DNA from: Antedon mediterranea
Lineage: Eukaryota > Animalia > Echinodermata
NCBI RefSeq assembly: GCF_964355755.1
Contig: NC_092671.1
Coordinates: 1,178,001 to 1,242,000, forward strand
Reading direction: 5' to 3'
Length of the DNA: 64,000 nucleotides
Shown here: positions 1 to 13,886 of the stretch, in pieces
Layout: every line of letters starts with the position of its first letter
Position numbering within the stretch: position 1 is the first letter of the stretch
The notes under the pieces: generated by a model
What the model was told of the DNA's origin: nothing
Seen by the model: only the letters and a program-made list of their open reading frames with translations
The model's database searches: none
Program-made: the position numbers and the translations under genes

Positions 1-2762
1 TTCATAAGTATGCGTATCGTATATGCTGCTGCATTAGCCATTCAGCACAAGTTTAATATGGGTCAATACAATACTACTAGGTTTCCGTATAAATACACCA
101 TACATAATTAAGTATTGATCCAGCTCTGTAAAAATGCTATTTAATGAAAGTAAACGCCAGGTATCGTGACGGAGTATAATTAGATAAAATGGAAGCAATA
201 AACTTGTGGTTCATAGATATAAAAGTACATCATAATATATTATAAAATGTATAATTTTTTTTTCGTTTTGTCTTTTATATATTTATATATATTAGTATTT
301 ATTCAAATTTAACATAATTATTAAAACATAGCACAAATTCTGAATTGACTTTTACATGAGGTAAAAACATCAAAAGGTAAAAAAAGTGCAATAAAAATAC
401 AAATTCATTCATAACAATGTATAGACACATGTACATATACAAAAAGTCAACCATTCATTCATACAAAAAATAAATGGTATCTGTTGTAGCGCAGGTACAG
501 TATTTTTTTTTATGTATGTTTAGTCATTTTCATTTAATTTTAGTTACCACCAAACAACCAAAGTAGTTTGGTTTTAATCAATAATAAAGATATTGATTGC
601 TTGCACACAGTGTGTCTAGTAGCACAACACAATATTTATATCAATATAGCAATTCAAAGTTTTAACTGGAATGTTAAAAACCAAGTGGCATTTAGTTTGT
701 GGACACCAACATTTGATTAATTACAGGTATTTCATTAAATAATAACCGTAATGCCATACTCCTCATTTCCTTTCTAATTTTCTATCCCTTTCTTTCCTTC
801 CTGATCTTCTCACCTTCTTTCCTTCACCTTTCATCTCATTAAAACATCTTCAAACTAACAACCCTCTTCTTAGGGTTGAAGAAGGAACCACAAAATTACC
901 TTTACAAGATTTTACAATTGAAACTAAATATCAATTTTATAGTTTTTATCTTAGAAATAAATATTTGGTCTGACCTTCACCAAAGCAAACAGTGAAACAT
1001 CTAAATCCACTCGTTTTTCTTGATTAATACAAAAGAAATGGTTTGTTAGTATTTCTAATTAGAGTGGTCTTTATTTAGAGGAAACGGTTATCTTCCTTGA
1101 GAGTGAAGATAAATTTATGACGGACAAGAGAGATGCATGAATTCACTTACTGTACAAAAGATAATCACAATCATTAATAACTGTCCATAATTAGCATAAA
1201 TAAAGAATACATTTTAATGATCTGGCGTTAGAAGTATTTTGTAATTAGTCAGGCGTTTTACATGTGTTAATGGTTTCTTAATATCGTTAATGTGCATCCG
1301 AGTTCACTTAGGAAGCATTTTAGATTCAGCTCTTTTAGACTCCATTTAATGGACATAGCATAATAAGAGTAAGAGTCCATCTACACGTCCATCCACAACT
1401 GATGGTCATGTTATGTTTTTGATTGTTGAAATAAAATGAATACGGTAGAAAAAGAGGACACTTAATATTGGTTATCCTCTTGGCTATATATTTGCACCTC
1501 GTTCGTTTCACAAGAAAATGTTCCCTTTATAGGGATATCCTAAAGATGCAGTACAGTGTCTATGTCAACACCTTATCAGTGGGAATAAATAAATAAATAA
1601 ATAGTTTTAATATTCATTTTTCTTAATCAAGTTTATTACCTATGTTCCAATCTTTTAAAAAGCTTTTACATTTTCTTCTGTATTACCTTTCATTTCATAG
1701 CGTCGTCATTGAAAACAATCGATACATTGACAATGAACAAATTGCGTCATGGCCATTTATGTTATTCCTTTTTTTAACCACCCACCCACTCAACTCATTC
1801 GTCATTTGTCCTTTTTGACAATAAATAATAAAAATTATCAATGCCTACTTTGTATATATTTCAATTGCATACCTGGAGGCTTCTAAGATAGCAAATTTAA
1901 TTGAATTATATATAACGTGGATTTTGTTTTTAATGCAACAGATTTCCAAAACATTAATAAAGTAATATATTATGGTGATTTTTTATTTAATACAAGTTGC
2001 AAACTAGTGGCTTCTTTCTATGAAAAAATATCTTTTAACATTTGTATTTTTCCTCTGTATAATCCATCTTCTTATATTCGCTAACTACATCTACCATCAA
2101 ATTGTACCGGTGACCAGATATATGTAAAAACAAAACATACATGCAAAAAATATATATAGCCAAATTAAGAACTAAAAAAAAATGACTTTTAGTACTACTA
2201 GTTTTTTTATGATATTGATACTAAGTTTGTTATTTAGATATCACTAACATTTAATGTTAAATAATGTATGTGATATATAATATGCAGTGCAGTGAAAATA
2301 ATTCCAAATGGAAAATGGCGGTGGCTCAAGTGGAAAAACAAAAAATCTCTGCAGCGACTGAACAAACCAGAGTAAAATGAATGAAAGCAATTAAGAAATT
2401 AATGACATTAACCGATTGTTATCTCCGTTACCATAGCAATCCAATTTATTTATTTCAATTTAGCCCGTAATTACACTGAAAGGAAATAAATATTGTTGAT
2501 ATCGTATTAAAGAATCACGGCACATAAACGTGCAAGCTCATACAATTAACTTGAAAATGCCAAGATAGCAATATTCATCTTCTCAAAGGTCAAAGATCAT
2601 TTTAAGAATAATTTGAAAATACTATTTCATTACATTTTGTAGAATCGTATTGAAATTCCTGTCGTTGAATTATATAAAACATAACAATACTAGAAATAAA
2701 AATAATAATATTGATATTTTTCTTTGATAATATATAAAAGGAATATTTTGTTATTTTTGTAG

Positions 2763-5700
2763 AGGACCGTAAATTATTTGTAGGCATGCTCAATAAGCAC
2801 CAAACTGAAGACGATGTCCGAGCCCTATTTCACCCTTTTGGTAAAATTGAAGAATGTACTATATTAAGAGATCCAAATGGGGTTAGTAAAGGTAGGTTTC
2901 AAATGTTATATTACATAGCCTATATTAATATGTGAACAATATTGGTTGAAATTGCATCACATGACTACGAGGATCGTAACATACACTACTATGATGCTAC
3001 CCTAAAATGAGTCCAGACAATAACCCAAGCATTTCCTATGTTCATCATTTTTAGGAGGAACAAAATAAGTCACTATTATAAGCTGTTATGGTGATGATTT
3101 AGTAGCTCTATTTATTTCTATGTCCATAGATACTATGTTGTGGTATTATGCTACAGTACAACAGTCAATACCAAACAAAAAAAAAACTCAGAAATAATTG
3201 AAAGTACAGTTTATAGAATTTTAGTACAGTATGAGCATAGAGGAAATCTATATCTATATATTTCCTCCATGGTATGAATGAATGGTTTGAGATATTTCGA
3301 AAAAAAAAAAATTAAGTGATTTTTAATACTTAAAAAAAATTAATATATGCAAATTTACTTCAAATAAATGAGATTAATATGCATTGATAGAAAACACAAA
3401 TATATCAGCTGGTATGAAGTTTGTGAATTTTGTCAAGATGGTCATGAGGTACTACTAGTACTGTACTTTGTATTCTACACAGTGTTTTCAGTAATTGTAC
3501 AATTCTTTCTCTATGATATACTGTATACCAGATACCCATAATCCCGATGAACCCTAGAACCCACATGATTGATACTCAAGAACACCAAACAAACAGAGAA
3601 ACTTATTGTTTAGTAATTTTAGGAAAGGAAAAAACTAATTATACAAAGTTAAAAATTGTTTTTGAGCTTTGAACCAAACAGCTCTTGATTAACAATTACA
3701 GATCAAATATTGCGAGAGATTCCTCACGAATTGCGATAGAATCTCTACATAAAATATAGATTAATTGTCAAGTGTTGTCAAATTCATCTTATTTTTTTTT
3801 AAATACCTAATCATACTAATGTGTTATGTTATTATTCATTGTAATTTTGGTTAATGTATTTTAAGTAATTTATTTCTGTCCTTTTTTTTTAGGGTGCGCT
3901 TTTGTAAAATTCAGTACTAGGAAAGAGGCGGCTGCTGCGATAAACAACCTACACCAATGTCAAACTATGCCTGTAAGTACACTTACTTTATGTACAATAC
4001 TAACTCTGCATCAATGTCAGACAAACAATTATTACCAATATAATTAGTCTGTGCATACATATAAGCCCAGTAATGAAAGCTTGCTATTATGACTTACTTG
4101 CAATATTGGTTTAAGCCCACACTCCTTGGGTCTAAAGATAATGTAACTGTGTGCGACTAAGCCCCACCCGTTTATTGCTTAAGTATGTATAGACATAGGA
4201 TGGATGCCCAAATTACTATCACTTTTACAGTAGTAGGGTTTACAGTAGGTGCCTGGTGAACTATACTATTATAAAGATAATGTAACTAATAAGCCCCACC
4301 CTTTTATAGTGATTATGTATTTAATTATGATAGACATAGGATGAGTGGCCAAATTACTATGTACTAAAGAGATGATCAAACATTATTTAGTCTAGGTGCC
4401 TGGTGAACTATAGATATAAAAAAAAATAAATTATGACACCTTCATTGACCCCGCCCAGCCAAGCATAATTAATAGTATTTCAACAGACATTTTGGTGAAA
4501 TGAAAATATTGTTAATGCGTATTGTATTCACATAGTAGTGTCGAGTACAATAGAATAGTATATTCTGTTTATGGTAATATATATTGTTGAGACACAATGG
4601 AGGTTTGCAGCCATAAATACAATGATAATATATTCCCAATAATTTCATTGATTATCAAGGTTGTAGTGAAATGCAAATTCATTTCATATTCATAACAATA
4701 GCTTCATTATTATGTATCCATATGCAGTAGTATTTTCCGTTTATATAATTAAATTAATATTTCCGTTCTTTGTGAATGAAATAGTTATTATCTTCTGTAT
4801 ATATATTTTTATTTACAGAAGCTGTGAGATAAATAATTAATTCTTTATCATTTCTAACTAAATTAAACAATTTTCAGTAAACCACTGGGAAGTTCGAAAT
4901 TTGTTCCTGTTACTCAAATATATATTATAATCAGCCTTTTCTCATTCTCACAAATGTCCTCATCTTTATCATTTATAAAAGAATGTATTAATTTTTTTAA
5001 ACAGTAAACCACTGGGCAGTTCAAAATTTGTTCTGTGCCTAATAATCAAATGTATATAATCATTTAAAATATTTACCATATTATTATAGATAACAGAATA
5101 TTGTAAATTTAAAAAAAAACCTGCATATTGTATGTTAGAGGATGCCATTTTGTGTTTTGCATCATTTTCTTATCAGTAAAATGTTAAGAGGGCAGCTTGA
5201 GATATCAGGTTTTGCAAGCTGTACAAAGTGATCTGTTAGATGACCTTAAAGTAGTAGCAGCAACTAATTAACTGTATCTATGCTTTATGTCATTTTCAGC
5301 ATGTTATAGTAAATCAAACCTATTATTACACTACAGAAGGCAATAACGTAATAAATAAAAGCTAGGCAGCACTTAAATAATTTGTAATAATAATACGTTG
5401 TTCTTATATAGCACTTAATGCATAAAGCCTATAAGCGCTTCACATTATTACCCCAGTCATTTGTCATAATGCAACACATAAAGATATTGAAAAATAAAAA
5501 AGATATTGAAAAATAAAAAAGATATTGAAAAATAAAAAAGATATTGAAAAATAAAAAAGATACTGAAAAATAAAATATATATTGAAAAATAAAAAATATA
5601 TAAATAAGATGTTCTATTCTTTTGTAATAACCACATTTGGTAGTCATTAAATTGCTGTTGACATTTGTAACCAATATATATCATCTTTTTTACTTAAACT

Positions 5701-8700
5701 GAGCAATTATATATGACGGTTTTAAAAATTTGTATTATGCAAAATACTTTACATTATGAAAATTAATGAACTAAATATAGTGGGTTGGATAATACATGGT
5801 AAGGGGTCATCACTAAGACAACAAAAGAAGCCATTTTCTCCTCCTTTTTCCATTCTTCTGCTGAATTTGAAGACTGTTATCGACTGTTATTTAATGCATT
5901 TTCTACAATAGCTGCATATTATAGATTAAACCATGACCATGGGTAGAACAGAACACAGAAGCAGCAATAACAGTTTAAGAGCATTTCCTAGAGATATCAT
6001 TACCGGTAATGAAAAGAAAATCAGTCCTAAAAATATTTTTTCATTAATTGAACAAAGAATCCACATAAAAAAATGGATCAATTTTACAAATGAATGTTTT
6101 AATTTTATATTTCATCAAAAAAATGAGTGCGCTTTTTTTTAAACAGAAGAACAAAACCAATTTTTAGCACTTTAAAAATAATATACCATGTCATAATTAA
6201 TAAATTTGCACAAATACAGCACGTAGGCTCATTTTTACGGTATAAATTGTCCGCAAAAAAGATTATATTATTGTAATTTTATTTTATTTCTGTATTGTTT
6301 TTATACAGTACTAATGTTTGGCAATATTAGAACCATAATCCATATAGTTTACATTATTTTTTATCAAAAAAAAAAATTTTATTATCCCATGTAGCTATGT
6401 TTTCATAAATATTTTGAATACAAATGTCAATATTTATATATAAGCTTTTTTAATAATTTGTTTGATCAATAAAATATAAGAAATACAATATTTCCTATGC
6501 ACCATAATTGAAGATGGGAATGTTGAAAGATGCTTATGCATTTTCATCTAATATATATTTCTATAATAAAACAAAAATAAAGCTTTTTGTGTATTAATGC
6601 TGTAATGACAAAAGTGGGGGCAGTATGATCGCCAAAGTTACATTTAAGCACCTAAGGGACCACTTAACAGGCAGGCATGTTATCAGTTTAACTTTGGATG
6701 TTTAGACTTAGAACATGCTTAACAGCCTGTAAAGTGTCTAACCCACAAGCTACTGTACTCTAGATATCGCACAATGTTTCTAATAATTAAAAGTCTTCCT
6801 TTTCACAGTTAGTAAAATAGTTATAATAACTTTAGCATTTTATTAAATTCGCTATATTTCTTAAAATGAACATTCTATTTGGTTTTCATTTTACTTTTTA
6901 TATTTTTTTTGCAGGGTGCATCTTCTGCAATTGTAGTAAAATTTGCGGATACCGAAAAGGAAAGACAGATGCGAAGAATGCAACAAATGGGCGGAGCTTT
7001 AGGAGTATTAAGTCCTATCGTAACCACGCCCCTTTATCATTACCCAACCACTCCTACCATGAGCCAGGAGACCCCATTAGCTGTGTATCCAGTAAGTACT
7101 CTATGGATTAGTGTCATGATTCAGAATGTGTTAGAGCTTGGTTGTGATGTCTTCTAATGCCTCAGATTTTTAAATACTTCCCTCTATGATTGGGTGTATT
7201 AAATAAATTTATAGCACCCTCTATCATTTGGTCACAATCTCTCGGTATTTCATTTTTCCAAGTTCAGACCGTGTTGGTTTCATATGAAACATACCCATGG
7301 GTTTCAAATCTCCTCTCCATCCATTGTTTATTAGAAATAGTGTTGGTGGTTATTATCCAATTTTGAATATAGATTATACAGTATTTGATGATAATCTCTT
7401 TAATTATAGACCCATTCTACAAGAGAATTAGCCAACATTTTAAATGCAGTAAGAATGTCTATTTTTGGTCATAAATCATTCATCTTCATTGGGTTTACCC
7501 ATAATGCACTTTTCATTTCAAAATTGCACAAAACTAATTTGATAGACTCCTATGTGTTACGAATATATCTAACTTCAAACTTGTATCAGAAAATTAAAAT
7601 CTAGCTTGGGTGTACAGAGGTGATGCAAAAATAGTGTTCTGGGGTTTGTGGGTTTGACTTCCAACTGAATATTACATTAGTATTAGGAAAATTTACATTG
7701 GAGTAGTAAAAAACATCTGACCAAGTAAAATTTAATCACAAAAGAATTATTTTAGCATTTACCTTGTGCGGCGTATGAAGCAACCAAATATGACCTCTTT
7801 ACCAGTTAAACTTTTTCGAAAATATCACTAAATCATTTATTCTTAGTTTATGATTTTATTTCTAAAATGTTAATTTATTTAGATTTTATAAACATTTTAT
7901 TTATCATAATATTTACTCATTGCAGCATATTCTTCCTCAACAACTAATGGCGCACGGTGGAACGCCGTACGTTGCCGTGAATCCAATGAGTACGCTGTCT
8001 GCACAAGTACATCAAATGAACACAATAGCAACACCAAACGGCTTCGCTACTGCTGTTGCTCCCTCTGCAGGTTAGAATTGCGTATTTATCGCTTCTAAAA
8101 TGTATATGTAATCATTTTTTTTGTTTAATTTAGTGATATAGTAAATAATTGTGTTTATTCAACAGCTGTAGCTGCTGCAACCGGTCAAGCTACTATCAAC
8201 GGTGGTACTCCAAGCTTGCCCTCACCAACGGTCCCAACATACACAATGGCAGCGCAGACCAACGGTCAAGCCACGGAGCCGATCTACGCTAACGGCATGC
8301 AACAATACCCAGGTATGAAACCCACCTGAGCATAACTATGGAATATGTTTAAACATGTTGTAAATGTAGCGTGTTAAATACATTAATCATGTTGTTGAAA
8401 GGTCAAAGGTCATAAAGTAGCGGGCTAAGTATACCTGATGAATTTGACTTTGCAATGACATGATAATGGAGCACCAAGTGTCATCATTATGCGTCTAATT
8501 ATTTTCTTGCTGGCTGCAAGTAAGATCTTTGGTTGACGTGGAAGCTGCTGTAGCTTCTTTTGTCTCGTCGTCGTAACATGTCCGATGCTTTGTTGTTGTA
8601 ATTGATTGATTTTAACTGGATTCAGTAGCATGAGCTTTACACCAAATTTGTCACCTTCTGATTGGAAATGAATCTGCACTGTGGTTATCCGTCAAAGAGT

Positions 8701-11700
8701 CTCTTCTGAACATTTCCAAACAAACGCCTGTCATTGCTCGTAAACATCGCCAAACAAACGCTTTTAAACATAATTAATGCTGCCGAACATTGCTATGCGC
8801 ATGTGCAATCAGGAAATGCCTGTATTGTAAATTATGCATTCGTTAACTAATGAGCTGTTTAATGTCTTGCCTGCTAGAGACCTACTTGATTTTAACAGAG
8901 TTGAACATTAATTGCACCCAAATGGGTTGCTTAATGCGTTCCCTAAAGTGTTTGGAATGTTCTCAAGTCACTCTTTGCTATCAAAGGGACCTGATTGACT
9001 AGTTTTTTCTGTCATCAGACATATGTTTTTTTATTATTGAATCTTGTATCTTTTGTCATGCATTAACTGTCAATGTAGATACAAAACCAAAATGTGTTTT
9101 GATAAAATGACGTTGCTTTCAAGTTGGTTTCCCAAAACTAACACTTATTACTAAAATACCTAAATCATTAACCACTACTCTATTGTAGTTCCTATTTTAA
9201 ATTCTTGCGAAATACTAGTTGGTGAAAAGTCAATTAAAATTTTAAAATGTTTATTTTTATTTCTTCTTCTTCAGTATTTTTATCACATTGTGATGAATTA
9301 TTATTTTAATTTATTTCTACCCTGGTGGTCTCTAATAATATCATCAAAAGAAAATATGAATATTAATAAGGGTTTATGTCAGCAATTATTATTATAATTG
9401 TATCATGATTTGTTTTTTTTTCAATATAAGCTTCGGCGTCGTCAACAGCAGAGATCCTACAACAAGCCTATACTGGACTGCAGCATTACACTGGTTAGTT
9501 CCCAAACCCAGATTCCAAATTCAAATCTAGGCTTATCAACATTTTAATGTTGATTAAAAAAAAACAACCAACCAAACTCTTGAACGAAGAGATCAATATA
9601 TTCACCAAATTAATCTTATTCTGCTGCTACATTTATCATCAATTCATCTTTACAAAATTATCAATAAACTTTTTTTTGTGATTTACATTTATTCAATTAT
9701 TATCTTTTATTTCTTATTTTTACAAAACAAAAATAAGAAATCTTAAATTTGGGAAGTAATGAGTTATTTGTAATTTGCACTAATTTATGTATAAAGATTG
9801 ATGGACAAAACAATTTGTGCATGTATTGTGATACTTTAGGGCAACAGCTAAATGTCGATCTGAAGGATGCCTTATTCAAAATCAGCATTATTAATAAGTA
9901 TACGCATTGCTGCGCTATTTGCTTTTTGTTCTTATTTCGTGTTTTGTTTGTACCTTATTTGGGATTACAATGATTCATTACAAGTATCTTCTAAAGAAAA
10001 ATTCTTTTTCGCTAATTTAGATTATAATAATTACAGATAATGATACCAGGTTAAATTTTGCTGCTGTCTCTGCGACTCGTATATTTGTCACCATATACTG
10101 TATGTCCTCTTCATTTGCTGGTTATTTTTTTGTTTTAGTGATTTTTTTATGTTGTAGTCTTAACACCATGGTTACTATATTTCATGCATCATTGGTCACG
10201 CCCATATCAACTTCCTTTAAAACCAGAAGTTCATTTTCTACCTCAAACATTGTATTTGTACTCTGTAGTGAACAATGTATGCATTATTGATTAATATTGG
10301 TTCTCGCCGTATTCAAGAGCATGTCAAAGTTCAAGAGTTTGGTGTAATGTTTCCTTAAAGTACATACAAAATATTGTATTTATCCTTATTTTTTGTGCCT
10401 TGTGTGTTAACATGTTTACATATTTTTAAACAGTATGTTGTTAAAAAGTTAAAACTATATCTCTATAATACTCTATTAGTAAACAAAATCAGGTTTTTAA
10501 TTAAAATTGTATGATTTTCATGTGAAATAAGTCCAACTAGGTTTGGTCGTACATTTTCTAATACCTTAAAGGTATTCATGTTTTATTTTAAGGTGCCTTC
10601 TTTGCTTCAGCTCAAGCCTCGGCGACCTCTGACCCTCTACAGCCGTACACAGCCATGACACAGTTTGCCGGCAATCACATAGGTTACTATTTTGTTTATG
10701 TTTGTTATATTTCCAATTGCTGTACCAATCAGTGCACTAGCATTGAAAGTGCTTGCAGAATAAAGAAAGAATAAACAAATATTCAGTATTCAGAGGAGAT
10801 AAGCCATTAACATAATTTTAATTTGTATTTAGCTGCTTATCCTGCCAGTATGTATGGACAGATCTCGCAAACATTCTCATCTCAGCAGCAGCAGCCACCT
10901 GTGATTGCGGCACAACAAAGAGAAGGTAAATTTAAAATAAAAGTAAAGCAATTCAAAACATTATGCATATTTATCGGTGCTGACAGATAGATCGATAGAT
11001 GTTTACATGAACATTTTGATCTTCTCTGTTGATTGTCTACATGTCATAGTTCATGAGATGCCTGAAGTTGAACACAACATAAACACTAGTAAAACAAAAG
11101 CAGCTACTAACATGACATACTGCACCAACAATAATGCAAAATAATTTATTTCTTGAAAATTTCCGATTCATCATGCACAGATTCAAATCATAATAAATAT
11201 ATACATATAGTTTTCCATTATTTTAATTAATTTGTGATGTTTGTTTTCAGTTGGCCCAGAAGGATGTAATCTGTTCATATATCATCTTCCTCAAGAATTA
11301 GGAGATGCTGAATTGATGCAAATGTTTCTACCCTTTGGTAACATCATCAGTTCAAAGGTGTTTGTGGACAGAGCCACAAATCAGAGTAAATGTTTTGGTA
11401 AGTCTCGTCTTGTACATTCAACAGTCCTCCGTTCTTGTAACAGAAACTGCCCATCGATGAATTCTATATTGTAAGATAGAACATTTGTCACTATTATATC
11501 CTATACAAAATGTGAAGCAGAAACAAACAAACTGTCTTTCATGGTATATAATCTATATATATAATTGGAACAGCGACTGTGTAACAAAACTAATTCCCGA
11601 ATGTATGCACACGCTTATGTGTATTTGCCTCTCTTTACATGATATAGAAAAAATGTTTACTGTATATTGTAAAAAAATATTCATAAAATCTTACCATAGA

Positions 11701-11865
11701 ATATTAAGGTTTTTTAAATAATAATTGTATTTTGTAGGCTTTGTGAGCTTTGACAACCCTGCCAGTGCTCAAACTGCCATCCAGAACATGAATGGATTTC
11801 AAGTTGGATCTAAGCGCCTAAAGGTGCAGCTGAAGAGACCTAAAGACTCCAGCAAACCTTACTAA
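2763..11865 (+). CDS. CELF4: CELF3-6 / Bruno-like (CUGBP Elav-like) RNA-binding protein, 3' part (RRM2, linker, RRM3); 5' exons lie outside the window
   Basis: GT-AG exons with consistent phases: 2763-2891 ([12 protein letters not shown]...GVSKG), 3893-3972 (CAFVKFS...QTMP), 6915-7091 ([25 protein letters not shown]), 7926-8070, 8166-8312, 9431-9493, 10611-10682, 10833-10925, 11251-11397 ([15 protein letters not shown]...RATNQSKCF), 11738-11865 ([42 protein letters not shown]). These motifs are diagnostic of the CELF3/4/5/6 subfamily; the symbol stands for the shared co-orthologue. Confidence 0.95.
5481..5597. repeat. 19-bp A-rich tandem repeat (aagatattgaaaaataaaa) x about 6
   Basis: Directly visible. 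Confidence 0.85.
9431..9493 (+). CDS. CELF linker exon, copy A ([21 protein letters not shown])
   Basis: T-rich tract then ataag|, 63-nt phase-1/phase-1 exon, G|gttagt donor; resembles the CELF4-type 'DPLQQAYAGVQQYA' exon. Confidence 0.75.
10611..10682 (+). CDS. CELF linker exon, copy B ([24 protein letters not shown])
   Basis: ttctttgcttcag| acceptor, phase-1/phase-1, donor G|gttact (a GC donor 12 nt upstream is possible); paralogous to the exon at 9431. Confidence 0.75.
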
Positions 11866-13886
11866 CTAAATACAGGTATTTAAAATACTACAGTTTACTT
11901 ATTTTACAACTACAATTATGTTGGTGACTGATATGTCAACAAGCACAATATTTCTTGCCTAGCTTACCTGGATAAACCAACAATTGCCCATTTTTTTTAG
12001 AGGGAGGGCTTTTATACAAAATTTTTTATAGAAGCCATCTTTACTTTTGTCAACAAAATATGTATTTAAGTATCTTTTAGGTAACTACAATTTGGCCTGC
12101 TACTAGAGTTGACACTCTGAGAAATGATTTTAGAAATTTTAGAATTTAAGTTAGAAGCACAAAATGTGTGAGCTAATAGTTCTGTCACAACCACAAGTTA
12201 GGTTAAGTTAACCACTAGGAAATTTTAAATGAATGGAATCCAACTAAAGATTTTATTATGATTAAAATTAAGAATTTTGCAACACATTATTTAATGAATG
12301 TTTGTCCAGTTGTCATGTAATTTATGTTTGTTTTTGTCATCAAATAAAAGAAGCTGTCAAATTTTAAATGTTTTTCTTTGTTTTTTACAATTGAATCATT
12401 GAATTGATAGAAGTAGCTTCTTCTTAATGATAATGGATTGACAACAGACTACTACTACTTTGATAGTAGTAGCTCCTACTCCTACTCCTACTCAGTGTTG
12501 CAACTTGTAAGTTGGGACAATTTGGGCATTTTGGTGTTTTTGTACACTTTTGTGCTAGAGCTTGATTGTGATGTCATCAAACTGATGTTGTAATGTAAAT
12601 GGGGATAATGTTATATACAGTATTGTCTGAGTAGTTTTTGCATTGGTAAATTATGTCAAATATATATCTGGCTGAATTTTTGATGGGTTTTATACATTTT
12701 TTGTAAGCTCCAAATTTTGATAGATCATTCGTTTTTGTTGTATATAAATGTTTACAAGTTGTTTACTACACTTTCAACATCAAAAACATGTCATTCAAGT
12801 GTTAGTTCACTTTCTACAGGAAATATGAAAATAATACAATATATATTTATATTTTTTATATATATTTATATATGCATTTTTATGTCAAAATTATATACAA
12901 GTATACACATGTATAGATGCATATTTGAGTGATAAATTTAAATATTGTTTGTTGTTGGGAATTTTGTCGGGAAGGGAATACTAAATGGTAGGAAGGGTTT
13001 TTATGTTATATTCCAATTTCCCATTTAGTATGTTAAATAGAATTTGTTGAAATTAGTGGTGTAATATCTAGTAAAATAAAAAATAAAGTTATCATGCATG
13101 AAAGTTTGGAGTTGTTTTGGAGTTGTTTTTTGCAGCTCCTTATTTGATGGGGTATCTGGTAATAGGCTGGTTATATATGTTGAACAATTATTTTGTGTTT
13201 TTGTTGCTGTGAATTATTTTTCTATACTGTATAAATTTCATTTTCTGTTGTGCTTTTACTTTTTACACATTTCTTAACTATTTCTCCTTTATATCTATAA
13301 AGTATTATTTAAATCCAATAAATATATAAAACATTAAATTTTAATTTATGTTTTTTTTTTATTCTGGTTTTTGACAGTTAATATTGATTGTATTATATGC
13401 TGGATCCGCCCCGGTTTAGTATGGCCTTCTGGGAAGGACTAATGTGTATCTTCACACAATGCTCTCAAATACATTTTTGTTCATAGTTTTAAAAAACATT
13501 TTTTTGGTGAGGGATTAATGAACAAGAAACTGCAAGTGGTTTGCATTTCAATTAAAATTTAAAAAAAAAAACCAAACAGAATTTTTAAACTATTCCTCTG
13601 TTTGGTCCTAATGCTAAAATGAAATAATGATAAATCATTAATACAATTAAAAATAATAAATTAATAATAAATAATAATTAAACATTGTTACTTCATATAG
13701 ATAATATGTACACATATTATCTATAGGCCTACTACTTTCTTTCATTTCTATTTCTCTTTGTTATATGATAACCAGTGGCAGAAAAAAACTTAGGTCTATC
13801 AACTGTGTTTTGTTCTTCCTGTTAACACATTTTAGTCTATATAGACTTTTAGTCTTTATCAAAATTAAATATTTTGTTTCTTGCAG

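Noticed and set aside
4130-5035. Two imperfect local duplications in a CELF intron
   Set aside because: Ordinary degenerate tandem duplications without structure or boxes.
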